DNA of 64,000 bases, taken from Phocaeicola plebeius (GTDB lineage Bacteria; Bacteroidota; Bacteroidia; Bacteroidales; Bacteroidaceae). Numbering within the stretch: the first letter of the stretch is position 1; each line of letters begins with the position of its first letter. Below are positions 29,156 to 39,247 of this stretch, piece by piece. The stretch spans positions 2,260 to 66,259 of the forward strand of contig SFDG01000014.1 in assembly GCA_004558305.1 (NCBI GenBank). The letters are read 5' to 3'. A program made the position numbers and the translations under genes. A model generated the notes under the pieces. That model had not been told where the DNA came from, did no database searches, and saw only the letters and a list, made by a program, of their open reading frames with translations.

Positions 29156-30250
29156 TTAAAATGCCACTTGTACTTGTGCCTGCAGCAGGCTCCGATCATT
29201 GCCCTGCAGTGCCTTCATAGCATCGCTGCGCAGGCTGTAGGTATATTGTGCCTGCACACGACACTTCTTGAAAATCCAGTACTGCAGTCCAGCCATGAGG
29301 TTCGTCTTCTTCAACCGGGCATCGGTATTATAGTTCATATAATCGGCCATGGCCACTACATCCAGGCCTTTATAAATGGGAAGGGCCGTAGAGAGGTAGG
29401 CTCCAAAGCTCTTGCAGCCACCGTCCTTGCCACCAATCAACTCCGAGCGGACCACCGCGCAACGATGGTGATGGTAGTCGCTGCCCGCCCGCTTCGACTT
29501 CCACTCCACACCCGCCGAGTAGCGGTTCTGGCGATACGTTTCGCCCACTTGCACAGTAGGATTATAAGCGGAAGCGTTCATGGCCGTCCCATATCCCAGT
29601 TGTCCGGAGACAGAGAGACGGAAGTTGGGAACCGGCTTGTATTCAAGTTTAGCAATCACGTTCTTCCTCTTGTCTTTGTCGGCAGCGTTGGTCTGTCCAC
29701 CATTCACCACCTCCAGCACATAAAACAGACGACCACCGAAGAGGTGTCCGTAAGCCATCAGTCCCATGTCGCGGCCGGCCGGATTGCCCATCAAGGGATC
29801 GGCCCCACACAGCCAGAACACACCTTGCGACATAGGCGAAATGCTCTCCAACACGGTGGGCGACATGGGATTCTCCATCGAGATTTCCGTCTTTGACTGT
29901 CCGAACCGGAGACTCAGTGCCTTCAACGGACGGTATTCGAGATAATACTCCTGCATGTCTTTGCTCTTGAAGTCGTGCATAAAAAAAGCATAGAACTGGG
30001 GAGTGACATTGGCCCCCACCATAAGAATGGCGCGGTACATTTCGAACGAGTTGGCATTCTGGCCGTTCTCGGTCAGGGTGGCCGTGTAGCCGGCCTGCGC
30101 ATACCCCGTCACTTTCAGCCGCGAGGCGACGGCATCGGCCCAGTAGGCCACTTCTTTCTCCTGGTTCTTTTCCGGGGGGCTGGTTGTCTCTCCCCATGCC
30201 ATGGCTGCCGGAAGCAGCCAGGCAGCTAGGGTAACAAAGGTCTTGTTCAT
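29156..30250 (-). CDS. Outer-membrane porin (OprO/OprP-like family)
   Basis: Signal peptide, 'KVTGYAQAGY', 'RFGQSK', 'GRDMGL', terminal 'QAQVQVAF' with C-terminal Phe; -7 element TAACTTTG at 30288-30295 (minus strand). Confidence 0.75.
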   Translation of the reverse strand: MNKTFVTLAAWLLPAAMAWGETTSPPEKNQEKEVAYWADAVASRLKVTGYAQAGYTATLTENGQNANSFEMYRAILMVGANVTPQFYAFFMHDFKSKDMQEYYLEYRPLKALSLRFGQSKTEISMENPMSPTVLESISPMSQGVFWLCGADPLMGNPAGRDMGLMAYGHLFGGRLFYVLEVVNGGQTNAADKDKRKNVIAKLEYKPVPNFRLSVSGQLGYGTAMNASAYNPTVQVGETYRQNRYSAGVEWKSKRAGSDYHHHRCAVVRSELIGGKDGGCKSFGAYLSTALPIYKGLDVVAMADYMNYNTDARLKKTNLMAGLQYWIFKKCRVQAQYTYSLRSDAMKALQGNDRSLLQAQVQVAF

Positions 30251-30405
30251 AATGTATGGATTTTGTATCGTTTAAGCTTTAGCGGTGCAAAGTTAGCTTT
30301 AATTCTTATAAAAGCAATAAATAACTACATTTTGTTTATCGATATGGATATTTTAAATACAAACACACAAAAAGAATCTCTTTCTGTTGGCGTATAAATT
30401 CCAAA

Positions 30406-30449
30406 TGAGGGTGTGCCTAAACGTTAGATTTTGTTTAGGCACACCCTCA
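30406..30449. repeat. 17-bp perfect inverted repeat (hairpin element)
   Basis: TGAGGGTGTGCCTAAAC (30406-30422) / GTTTAGGCACACCCTCA (30433-30449). Confidence 0.85.
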
Positions 30450-30535
30450 GCCAGCTGGTAGTTCAAGCGATAGGTCAGTTAAGGGATAAGGAATATCCGC
30501 ACATGGAGCAAAGGAAATTCCGGGAGCAGGCAAAG

Positions 30536-31314
30536 TTAGCGTTCTTCACTCATCTCCACCCGCAGCACACCTCCACGGAGAACTTCCGACTGAGGTATAC
30601 GGAAATCCCGAATGGGACGCCCATTGAGCGTGACCGAACGGATGTATTTGTTGCGAGCAGATGCCCCCGGGGCTTCGATGACGAAGTACGGGTTACGGCG
30701 GGACAACCTTCCAGCTCAAAGGTCAGGCGGCGCGGACTGTCAAACTGATGCATCTCCACGAAGATGGGGAGCATCCTCCTACCATCACGCTCGTATTCGA
30801 AGGGAGCCGATTGAGCAGAGCGGACAAGAGTAGACGAAGCCTCGCCCATGCGACAGCGGTCGGGGGTGGTAAGGCGGATGCAGTCAAACACAGCCCAGGA
30901 TCCTTTGACGGTTCCGGGACGAATGCGGTTCATGCCAATCTGCAGCCATTCCGCAGGAAAATCCACGTGGAATTCACGGAAATGCCCCTCCTCTTCGCCG
31001 GTAAGCAAACGGCGGGTATTCTCGCCCTGCAGTTCCTGTTCGAAACGATGCCCGTTGATTTCTACACGGATGCGGGGTGGACGTTTGTCGTTGCCCCCGA
31101 CAAAGCAACAAGTGAGGCGACAGTCGCCCTGTCGGGCCACTCGGTCGAGACGAAAATAAAGGGAAGGAAAATGCCGGGGATGGTAGCCGGCCCAATAGCC
31201 GCCTCCGGCCCATCCGTCCAGGGGGCCCGGAAGCACGTACGACCAATGTAGTTCGGGCGTGGAGTAACCCACGTAATAGGATTTCTCCCCGCCGTGATGG
31301 GCGAGGAATCTCAT
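30536..31314 (-). pseudogene. Internally deleted GH92 (alpha-mannosidase-like) gene remnant
   Basis: N-terminal accessory domain ('YVLPGPLDGWAG') joined out of frame at ~30686 to a GH92-like C-terminus, FVIEAPGASARNKYIRSVTLNGRPI..VLRGGVLRVEMSEER* (30685-30536); no signal peptide and no catalytic core. Confidence 0.7.
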
Positions 31315-31452
31315 TTCTAAAATTCGTTAGGGTTAGGTTTGTCCGGCAAAGCTGCGAATTTTTTCTGATATTTCTTTGGTTTCAACAAAAAGGAACGAAG
31401 GATTTTTTCCTTTCTTATTGTCGTGCCCCCCCTTTTTATCTCCGTTTCATGT

Positions 31453-33072
31453 TTAGAATTCCGCCTCCCTACACAGACAAATCCGTTGATGAGTAATGGG
31501 ATGGACAAACTCCAGGGCTGCGGCATGCAGATACAGACGACGAGCAGGAGTACCATAGAGCATATCCCCCACAATCGGAAGATTCAGGCCACGGACATGC
31601 GCTGCATGTACCCGCAACTGATGCGTTCGACCAGTCAGCGGGAAAAGATCCACCCGTGTACGGCCATTCTGACGGCTGCGCACCACATATCGCGTCTGAG
31701 CAGGTTTTCCCTCCACTTCATCTACCTTCTGACGCGGACGATCAAGCCAATCAGGCGCCAAGGGCAAGTCTATCATCCCAGAGTCCGAAGGAAGCAGTCC
31801 CTCCAGCAACGCCGTGTACCGCTTGTGCACCTGCCGGGCCTCGAACAGCCGCTGCAACTGTTCATGCACCTCTTTTGTCTTGGCTGCCACCAGCAGTCCC
31901 GACGTGTCCATGTCCAGTCGGTGTACCAGTAGTGGCCCTGTGGCCGACGGATAGCGATGGCGCAAACGCATCAGCACCGAATCGTCTGCCCCCTTGCCCG
32001 GCACCGAGAGCAGTCCAGCCGGCTTGTTCACCACTACAATCCACTCATCTTCGTAGACCACTTCCAGCCCCATTTCCGGAAAAATCCGATCCAACGGGTT
32101 CGGCTCCACCTCCAGCCCCTGCAACGCATGACGCAGAATCGGGGCACACTTTCCCTGACAGGAAGGATAAAACGCCCCCTGGCGGCGCACCTCGTTCTTC
32201 GGAGAGTTTCCCCACCAGAATTCTCCGAAAGCCAAAGGATGAAGTCCATGTAAATAGGCATGCTGAAGCAGCTTCGGCAACGCACACTCCCCAGCCCCAG
32301 CCGGAGGTGTCCGCCCCGGCGTATCTCGGAACAGTTCGGTCAGGTTACGCACCTCTCCCCGCGCATTGAGCAACCGGAACTGTCGGAACAACCGGTCCTG
32401 CAAGGCCGCCGAACGCGACTTCCGTTCCTGCTTCCATGCCTCCAGTTGTCCGTCCCATTGCCGAAGCTCCGCCTCCTGCACTTCCACTTCCGATTTCAGC
32501 CGCCGTTCCAACCGCTTGAACTCCGCCCTTTCAAACTGGCTTTCACGCACCAGTGTCTGACGGGCCGCTTCATCCAGATTTCCCTGACATCGCAGCTCCT
32601 CCCGGCGACATTTCTTCTCCTTCAAGGTCCGGCGTGCTGCCTCCAGTTGTTCCTGCACCTCCTGCCGTAACTCTTCCGTACGACGTTGGCAGTCCTTATA
32701 GGCCGCAGAAGCCTGGATCTCCTCAATACGATGGTTGATACATGAAATCTGTGCCTCTTCCTTGCGAAAAAAACCGTCGGGACGCAGCAGGTCATAGACT
32801 GGAGGAACGAAATATTCATGGCAGTTACTCCCCGCCAGGATTCCCGAAAATGCTGCCGTAAACCCCACACTTCCGTCCTCCAGCTGCACCACGAGTACCC
32901 CGAACATCTTGCCCGCCTGCAACTCCTCCTGCCAGTCAGTACGGGCAGAAAGATAACGCTCCACCTCCTGAGCGGCCAGCACCGTCAGGGGATGGGGCGT
33001 ATAGTGAAAGGGATACGTGAACCGTTCGGGCAAAGGAATGTCCTCGATGTCCGTTGTAAAACGATGGATCAT
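31453..33072 (-). CDS. rluA: RluA-family pseudouridine synthase with N-terminal extension and coiled coil
   Basis: '[11 protein letters not shown]', catalytic 'HRLDMDTSG', '[10 protein letters not shown]'; start ATG 33072 coupled to the ispE stop. Confidence 0.88.
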   Translation of the reverse strand: MIHRFTTDIEDIPLPERFTYPFHYTPHPLTVLAAQEVERYLSARTDWQEELQAGKMFGVLVVQLEDGSVGFTAAFSGILAGSNCHEYFVPPVYDLLRPDGFFRKEEAQISCINHRIEEIQASAAYKDCQRRTEELRQEVQEQLEAARRTLKEKKCRREELRCQGNLDEAARQTLVRESQFERAEFKRLERRLKSEVEVQEAELRQWDGQLEAWKQERKSRSAALQDRLFRQFRLLNARGEVRNLTELFRDTPGRTPPAGAGECALPKLLQHAYLHGLHPLAFGEFWWGNSPKNEVRRQGAFYPSCQGKCAPILRHALQGLEVEPNPLDRIFPEMGLEVVYEDEWIVVVNKPAGLLSVPGKGADDSVLMRLRHRYPSATGPLLVHRLDMDTSGLLVAAKTKEVHEQLQRLFEARQVHKRYTALLEGLLPSDSGMIDLPLAPDWLDRPRQKVDEVEGKPAQTRYVVRSRQNGRTRVDLFPLTGRTHQLRVHAAHVRGLNLPIVGDMLYGTPARRLYLHAAALEFVHPITHQRICLCREAEF

Positions 33073-33893
33073 TCCAGGATGCGTTGGCGCGTAAAGCAAT
33101 CCGCGAATTTCTTGCCTACCTCTTCCACAGCCTCCTTGAAAATGCCGAAGACCGCCGAACCTGAACCGCTCATCTGCGCGTAAACCGCCCCTTGGTCGTA
33201 CAGCTGATCCTTGATGGCTGCTATTTCTGGATGGCACACGAAAACACTTTTCTCGAAATCATTCTTCAGGCAGTCCTTCCATTCCACAATGGGCAGTGCG
33301 ATAGCTTCCTTCAGCGGTATTTCCGGACGCTGCGGACGGATGTTGGCATAAGCCTCACGCGTCGAGACAGAGATGTCGGGCTTGATGACTACAATATGAT
33401 AGCCCTTCAGCGAGAGATCAATCGGCTCGAACACATTCCCCGTCCCCGTCGCCAATACCGGACGATTCTGGATGAAGAACGGGCAATCCGCTCCCAGCCG
33501 CGACGCATAGCTTTCCATTTCGGTGAAACTGAGCCCCAGATTGAACTTATTGTTGAGCATCTTAATCATGAACGCACAGTCCGACGATCCTCCCCCCAGC
33601 CCCGCTTCGGTAGGGATATGCTTATGCAAGTGGATGTCCACCGGCACCAGATGATGCTTTTCATTCAGCAATCGGTAGGCTTTCACTACGAGGTTGTCTT
33701 CCGGACTGCCGTCAAGGTTGGCCCCGGTCACGTGCAGACGGAACGACGCATCGCTACCGGAGAGACGCGTCACCTCCAGTGCGTCCTGCAGGTTGATGGG
33801 ATAGAACACCGTTTCAAGGTTATGGTATCCGTCAGGTCGTTTTTCGACCACGTTCAGTCCCAAATTTATCTTTGCGTTCGGATAGGTTATCAT
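33069..33893 (-). CDS. ispE: 4-diphosphocytidyl-2-C-methyl-D-erythritol kinase
   Basis: 'NAKINLGL', 'AGLGGGSSD', 'GADCPFF', 'MSGSGS'. Confidence 0.96.
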   Translation of the reverse strand: MITYPNAKINLGLNVVEKRPDGYHNLETVFYPINLQDALEVTRLSGSDASFRLHVTGANLDGSPEDNLVVKAYRLLNEKHHLVPVDIHLHKHIPTEAGLGGGSSDCAFMIKMLNNKFNLGLSFTEMESYASRLGADCPFFIQNRPVLATGTGNVFEPIDLSLKGYHIVVIKPDISVSTREAYANIRPQRPEIPLKEAIALPIVEWKDCLKNDFEKSVFVCHPEIAAIKDQLYDQGAVYAQMSGSGSAVFGIFKEAVEEVGKKFADCFTRQRILE

Positions 33894-33965
33894 GTAGTAT
33901 TCTTTTTGATTACGGGGTCAAATATAAGCATTCTTTTTGATTATTTCTTTCAAAACACAAAAAGA

Positions 33966-34013
33966 GCAAAGGCACAAAGCAGGAAATTTCTTCCTTAATC
34001 TTTGTGCCTTTGC
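33966..34013 (-). terminator. 14-bp inverted repeat, probable terminator of the kinase gene
   Basis: GCAAAGGCACAAAG (33966-33979) / CTTTGTGCCTTTGC (34000-34013), with a T-rich tail on the minus strand. Confidence 0.55.
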
Positions 34014-34047
34014 GTTGAAAAGATGGTGTCGACTTGTGCTTACCGAA

Positions 34048-35145
34048 TCACCCGATGGAAGCTATGAATTCCTTCATCATCGGAGTAGCCTTGCGCACCT
34101 CCTGATACAACTTGTATTGTGCGCGCGTGCGAACAATATTGTGTTCAGGATACTTAATCTGATAGTAGGTATCGCCATTCAGGTAGTCAGCAAGGAAGCG
34201 GACAGCCTGCATGTAGGGGAACAGGGCAACAGCATACGGCAACATCTCCTTCTCCAACGGAGTGAGGAAACTGGAAGCGGATTCGATATAGCCCTTTGCA
34301 AAGCTCTTGAAGATTTCCTCGTTGAAATGAATCTTGTCCACATCGGGTTCGTCTTCGGGAGCCGTGTTGGCAGCCGAACGCAGGAAATCACCGAAGTCGG
34401 AGAAGACGAAACTGGGCATCGTTGTATCAAGGTCGATGACGCAAAGCACTTCGCCACTCTTATCGAACATCATGTTGCTGACCTTCGTGTCACAGTGACA
34501 GATGCGCTTGGGCAACTTGCCTTCGCTGTAGAGGCGTTCGGCAGAGCACATTTCGTCGGCATCCTTCAGGATATCGTCCACGAGTGGCTGGACTTCGGCC
34601 AGGCGGCCAGCCTTGTCGGCTGCCACTGCCTCCTGCAACTGTTTCAATCGGAACTCCATGTTGTGGAAATCGGGAATCGTTTCACCGAGTGTTTCGGGGA
34701 GGTCGGCCAACATGGCTTCAAACTCACCGAACTTCACGCCCACAAGGTAAGATGTTTCGGGAGTCACGGCATCAAGCGTCATTGAATCAGGAATAAACGC
34801 ACATACGCGCCAGTAGCCTTCGCCGGTGAAGTAATAGGTCACTTCTTCCTCGGTGGGGATAAAACGGAGCACCTTGCGGTCGATGTCTTCCTCTCCTTTC
34901 GCTTCCAGCTTCTGGCGGATATGCCGGGTCACCAATTCAATGTTGCGCTGTAGCAGAGGAACATTTGTAAACACCTGATGATTAACACGCTGCAAAATAT
35001 AATCGCAGGCTGCAGGGTCTTCTGTCACCACGCGGTAAGTCTGGTTGATCAGTCCGGATGTCAGAGCGACAATTTCCTTGACCGGACCCACTTCGGGGAA
35101 ATGTTGCAGAATCTGTAAAAGTGAATTTAATTTTGCTTCTTCCAT
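34048..35145 (-). CDS. APH-family phosphotransferase, N-acetylhexosamine 1-kinase-like
   Basis: 'GLINQTY', 'YILQRVNH', 'ETIPDFHN', 'HCDTKVSN', 'VIDLDT', 'RFLADYLNGD.YY'; likely start ATG 35145. Confidence 0.8.
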   Translation of the reverse strand: MEEAKLNSLLQILQHFPEVGPVKEIVALTSGLINQTYRVVTEDPAACDYILQRVNHQVFTNVPLLQRNIELVTRHIRQKLEAKGEEDIDRKVLRFIPTEEEVTYYFTGEGYWRVCAFIPDSMTLDAVTPETSYLVGVKFGEFEAMLADLPETLGETIPDFHNMEFRLKQLQEAVAADKAGRLAEVQPLVDDILKDADEMCSAERLYSEGKLPKRICHCDTKVSNMMFDKSGEVLCVIDLDTTMPSFVFSDFGDFLRSAANTAPEDEPDVDKIHFNEEIFKSFAKGYIESASSFLTPLEKEMLPYAVALFPYMQAVRFLADYLNGDTYYQIKYPEHNIVRTRAQYKLYQEVRKATPMMKEFIASIG

Positions 35146-35367
35146 GATAGGTTGTTGTGTATTAGAATTAGTAATTAAAGTAATGAGGGCAAAGTTAGAC
35201 ATTATTTTTGAATTGCCAAGAAAAAGGAGGCGGTTTTAGGCTACAGGATGAGGATTCGGACAAAAAATCGAAGGAAAACAGCTGCAAATCAAAATTATCT
35301 TGTAATTTTGCCCCATTCTAACAGAACAGATCTGCCCAATGACGGACAATCCTAAAAACGAACTATA

Positions 35368-36693
35368 ATGAGAGCATTCAAGGACATAAAGATTGCAGTG
35401 GCCGGAACCGGCTACGTAGGACTGAGTATCGCCACCCTGCTGGCCCAACATCATGAGGTGACAGCAGTGGATGTAGTGGCCGAAAAGGTAGAAAAAATCA
35501 ACCGCCACATTTCTCCCATACAGGATGAATACATCGAGAAATACCTGGCCGAAAAAGAGCTGAAACTGACTGCTACATTGGATGGACGGGCTGCCTACCG
35601 AGAGGCAGACTTCGTAGTGATTGCAGCACCTACCAACTATGATCCAGTAAAGAATTTTTTCGACACCCACCACATCGAGGATGTCATCGACCTGGTGCTG
35701 GAAGTGAACCCTTCGGCAGTGATGGTCATCAAGTCAACCATCCCCGTAGGTTATACCCGCAGCCTCTATGTAAAATATGCTGCAAAAGGGGTACGGCAAT
35801 TCAATTTGCTGTTCTCTCCTGAATTCCTGCGCGAGAGCAAGGCACTCTACGATAACCTCTATCCGTCGCGCATCATCGTGGGCTACCCGAAACGCATCGA
35901 CCGTCCGGAATTTGCAGAGGAGAACGAAGCCATCGAGAAAGTAACGGATGAAACCCGGATGCAGGAGGCGGCCCACACGTTTGCTGCCCTGTTGCAGGAG
36001 GGGGCCATCAAGGAGAATATCGACACGCTGTTCATGGGCATGAAAGAAGCAGAGGCCGTGAAGCTGTTTGCCAATACCTATCTGGCCTTGCGTGTCAGCT
36101 ATTTCAATGAGCTGGACACATACGCTGAGATGAAAGGTATGGACACGCAGTCCATCATCCACGGAGTGGGACTGGATCCACGTATCGGTACCCATTACAA
36201 CAATCCGTCGTTCGGTTACGGGGGATATTGCCTGCCCAAAGACACAAAGCAACTACTGGCTAACTACAAAGATGTGCCGGAGAACCTGATCGCGGCTATC
36301 GTTGAGAGCAACCGCACGCGAAAGGACTACATTGCCGATGCCGTGCTTCGCAAGGCGGGCTATTACAGCTACAATGCCGACAACGGATTCTCGTCGGAAA
36401 AGGAGCGCGCATGTGTCATCGGTGTGTTCCGCCTAACCATGAAATCGAACTCGGACAACTTCCGTCAGTCGGCCATCCAGGGCATCATGAAGCGTATCAA
36501 GGCCAAAGGGGCGGAAGTTATCATCTACGAGCCGACGTTGGCCGACGGTTCCACTTTCTTCGGTAGCAGGATTGTCAACAACCTGGTCGTTTTTAAGGAA
36601 CGGAGCCAAGCCATCATAGCCAACCGCTACGACGCCTGTCTGGATGATGTCGCGGATAAGGTCTATACCCGCGACATTTTCCGCAGAGATTGA
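35368..36693 (+). CDS. ugd: UDP-glucose 6-dehydrogenase
   Basis: 'GTGYVG', 'KSTIPVG', 'FSPEFLRE', 'KLFANTYLA', '[10 protein letters not shown]'. Confidence 0.93.
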   Translation: MRAFKDIKIAVAGTGYVGLSIATLLAQHHEVTAVDVVAEKVEKINRHISPIQDEYIEKYLAEKELKLTATLDGRAAYREADFVVIAAPTNYDPVKNFFDTHHIEDVIDLVLEVNPSAVMVIKSTIPVGYTRSLYVKYAAKGVRQFNLLFSPEFLRESKALYDNLYPSRIIVGYPKRIDRPEFAEENEAIEKVTDETRMQEAAHTFAALLQEGAIKENIDTLFMGMKEAEAVKLFANTYLALRVSYFNELDTYAEMKGMDTQSIIHGVGLDPRIGTHYNNPSFGYGGYCLPKDTKQLLANYKDVPENLIAAIVESNRTRKDYIADAVLRKAGYYSYNADNGFSSEKERACVIGVFRLTMKSNSDNFRQSAIQGIMKRIKAKGAEVIIYEPTLADGSTFFGSRIVNNLVVFKERSQAIIANRYDACLDDVADKVYTRDIFRRD

Positions 36694-36740
36694 TCAGCCC
36701 CGAAAATCGGGGAGTGAGACCCAACGACAGTTGTCTCCGT

Positions 36741-39239
36741 TTACCAAGGAGCCGCTACCTCTATAATTTGGAAAGAATAGGGCGGCAACACACAAGTACA
36801 CCCGTCGCTGACGATGAACTGCGACACGGCGGGTGTAGCGTGGGTATCGTCCGGTTGTCCTTGCAGACGGGTGAGCGTAGCCTCCGTAGCGGACAAACCC
36901 GGCCAGCTAAATTCTGTGGAAACAGGGACAGGCAAGAGATTGGCCAACTTGACGAAGCAGCTGCCTGTCTTCGTGTCGTATACTACCGATGAGGCGACGC
37001 GAGCGGCCACTTCCTGACGGGAGGTGGACAAAGTACGGTCGGCAGGCAGATAGCGGTCGCCCGATGCGCAGCCGAACATCTGCTGGACATAGTAACCCAC
37101 CGTGGGCTTCACTTCGAGGTTGTTAAAATAAATCAAGTCAGGGTTCCACTGAGTGTGATGCTCTTTCGCCAGCAACGGCGCATACGAGGTCATAGCCACC
37201 ACATCGCCGTTCCTCTCCACTGCCATCAGATACAGGGCTTCAGAGAGGGCCGTTTCGATGTTGTTAGCTCGCCCGGGCACATGTGAAGCATACTCACCGA
37301 GATAGACTTGCGTCTTCCGGTCACGTGGATAGCGGTCGTAGAAATCTTGGTTGTAAATGAACCAGCCGGGAGTATTATAATAATGTTCGTCCACAAGGTC
37401 GATACCCTCAGCTTCGGCCAACTGCCAGCCTTCTTCATAGTCGGACCCTTCGTAGAACGGACCGACCGTACCCACCACCTTCATATCAGGATATTTTTCC
37501 TTTACCGCTTTATAAATCAACAGGAAGCGTTCGCGAAACACTTCTGTAATGAGGTCTTCGTTACCGATGCCGATATATTTCAGCCCGAACGGTCGGGGAT
37601 GTCCGGCTTCGGCCCGCAGCCTGGCCCAAGGACTGGTACGGGGATCTCCGTTGGCATATTCAATCAGGTCAAGAACATCCTGTACGTAAACATCCATCTC
37701 CTCTATAGGGATTCCGCCTTGCTGACCGCCACTAAGCGGTTCCCCGGGATGGCAGGACGAATTCTGGCAAGGGACGCCAGCTGCCAGTACGGGCAGGGGA
37801 TCAGCCCCCATATCCTCGCAAAATCGGAAGTATTCATAGAAGCCCAACCCCATGCTTTGGTGGTAGCCCCACAGGTTCTTCATGGGTATCCGCGCCTCAA
37901 GCGGACCAATGGTATTTTTCCAGCGATAGATATTGTCGATACCGTTACCGTGAGCCACGCAGCCGCCGGGGAAACGCACGAAACGGGGGTGAAGGTCGGC
38001 AATGACTTGGGCCAGATCAGCTCGCATACCATTCTTGTGGCTTCGAAACGTGGCTTGGGGGAAGAGAGAAATCATGTCCAATTCCACCCCACCCGTCCCT
38101 AGCGGGAAAATGGCCAGCGAAGCTTGGTCGGCTCCCTGGCGGGGCACGAGCACAAAGGACTGCTTCTTCCATTCCTTCGAACCGACGGTCACTTCCCGGC
38201 TGCATAGTTCACGGCCATCAGCTGCAAGCAGAGCAACCTTAAGGCGACGAACCGGCAGTACGGCAGACTGACGGGGTGCACGGGCGAAGAAGGAGCAGTC
38301 GTAGGAATGGCCTTGCCGGACAGCAATGCCGTCGAATCCTTCGTTAAGAAGGACGGCACCGGTTGCATGGGACTCGAAGCAGGCATAATGGGGATTATGG
38401 GCATGGATGGGAGCATCCGTGGCAATCGACAGGGTCCCCTGCCCTTCCACCTTCCAGGCGGTAGTAGCCGTCCACCCCTTGTGGTCGTCAGCCGTATATT
38501 CAAAGTCGCGATTCTGCACCAGTTCAGCATAAAGTCCACCATCGGCCCCGTAGTTGATGTCCTCGAAAAATACACCGATGAGGCGATTGCTGATGGGTTT
38601 GGCGTCCTCAGGACGGAGGGTCAAGGTCTGGCGGACCGTATCCAGTCCAAGGAAACGGCGGTCATCGTCTGCCATCAGTTCGCCGTGGCGGCTGTTGCGC
38701 CAGGCATGATGGCCCGCAAAAAGCTGTAGATAGTTCACATCGTCCCAAGACACCCGTAACACGGTACCTTGCTCCCTGTGACCATCAACTACAGCTTCCT
38801 GCTCCATACCCTGTGTCCAGGCGGAGGATACATAGCCGGCGGCAGCAGCGGTAGTAAAGTATCGCTGGGCATGCCAGTCAGTCAGATTCCCAGAAGAGGC
38901 CACCGCCCATTCGTTGCCGGTGGGATTTATCTGCCAGACAGCATGCCAGGTACGATTGGCATCGCGGTAGAGCACCGGACGGAACATCCGCTTCTCTCCA
39001 CCCCAGTTAGCATAGTCGCACTTGACAAAGCCCATACCATTGCCGATGGAGAACCACTGCTGCCGGTCACGGCTCCAGGCCATGCGCAAGCCGCTCCGTC
39101 CTTCGTCTTTGGCACTGGCATATGAAAACAGGTACACAGAATCTTTCTGGAATGTTCCGAACTGGGCATACGTGGTCGACGGAACAACGGCAGCCACTCC
39201 CAACAGGAGGGCCACAAATGGCTGAATCATCTTCTTCAT
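36741..39239 (-). CDS. GH51 alpha-L-arabinofuranosidase with N-terminal extension
   Basis: 'FFEDINYGADGGLYAELVQNRDFE', 'RFPGGC', 'IGNE', 'DEHYY', 'YLGEYA'; signal peptide from ATG 39239. Confidence 0.9.
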   Translation of the reverse strand: MKKMIQPFVALLLGVAAVVPSTTYAQFGTFQKDSVYLFSYASAKDEGRSGLRMAWSRDRQQWFSIGNGMGFVKCDYANWGGEKRMFRPVLYRDANRTWHAVWQINPTGNEWAVASSGNLTDWHAQRYFTTAAAAGYVSSAWTQGMEQEAVVDGHREQGTVLRVSWDDVNYLQLFAGHHAWRNSRHGELMADDDRRFLGLDTVRQTLTLRPEDAKPISNRLIGVFFEDINYGADGGLYAELVQNRDFEYTADDHKGWTATTAWKVEGQGTLSIATDAPIHAHNPHYACFESHATGAVLLNEGFDGIAVRQGHSYDCSFFARAPRQSAVLPVRRLKVALLAADGRELCSREVTVGSKEWKKQSFVLVPRQGADQASLAIFPLGTGGVELDMISLFPQATFRSHKNGMRADLAQVIADLHPRFVRFPGGCVAHGNGIDNIYRWKNTIGPLEARIPMKNLWGYHQSMGLGFYEYFRFCEDMGADPLPVLAAGVPCQNSSCHPGEPLSGGQQGGIPIEEMDVYVQDVLDLIEYANGDPRTSPWARLRAEAGHPRPFGLKYIGIGNEDLITEVFRERFLLIYKAVKEKYPDMKVVGTVGPFYEGSDYEEGWQLAEAEGIDLVDEHYYNTPGWFIYNQDFYDRYPRDRKTQVYLGEYASHVPGRANNIETALSEALYLMAVERNGDVVAMTSYAPLLAKEHHTQWNPDLIYFNNLEVKPTVGYYVQQMFGCASGDRYLPADRTLSTSRQEVAARVASSVVYDTKTGSCFVKLANLLPVPVSTEFSWPGLSATEATLTRLQGQPDDTHATPAVSQFIVSDGCTCVLPPYSFQIIEVAAPW

Positions 39240-39247
39240 GGGCAAAC

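Noticed and set aside
34048..35145. APH-fold gene as an aminoglycoside resistance determinant
   Set aside because: Motifs fit the N-acetylhexosamine-kinase-like subfamily, and there is no mobile context.
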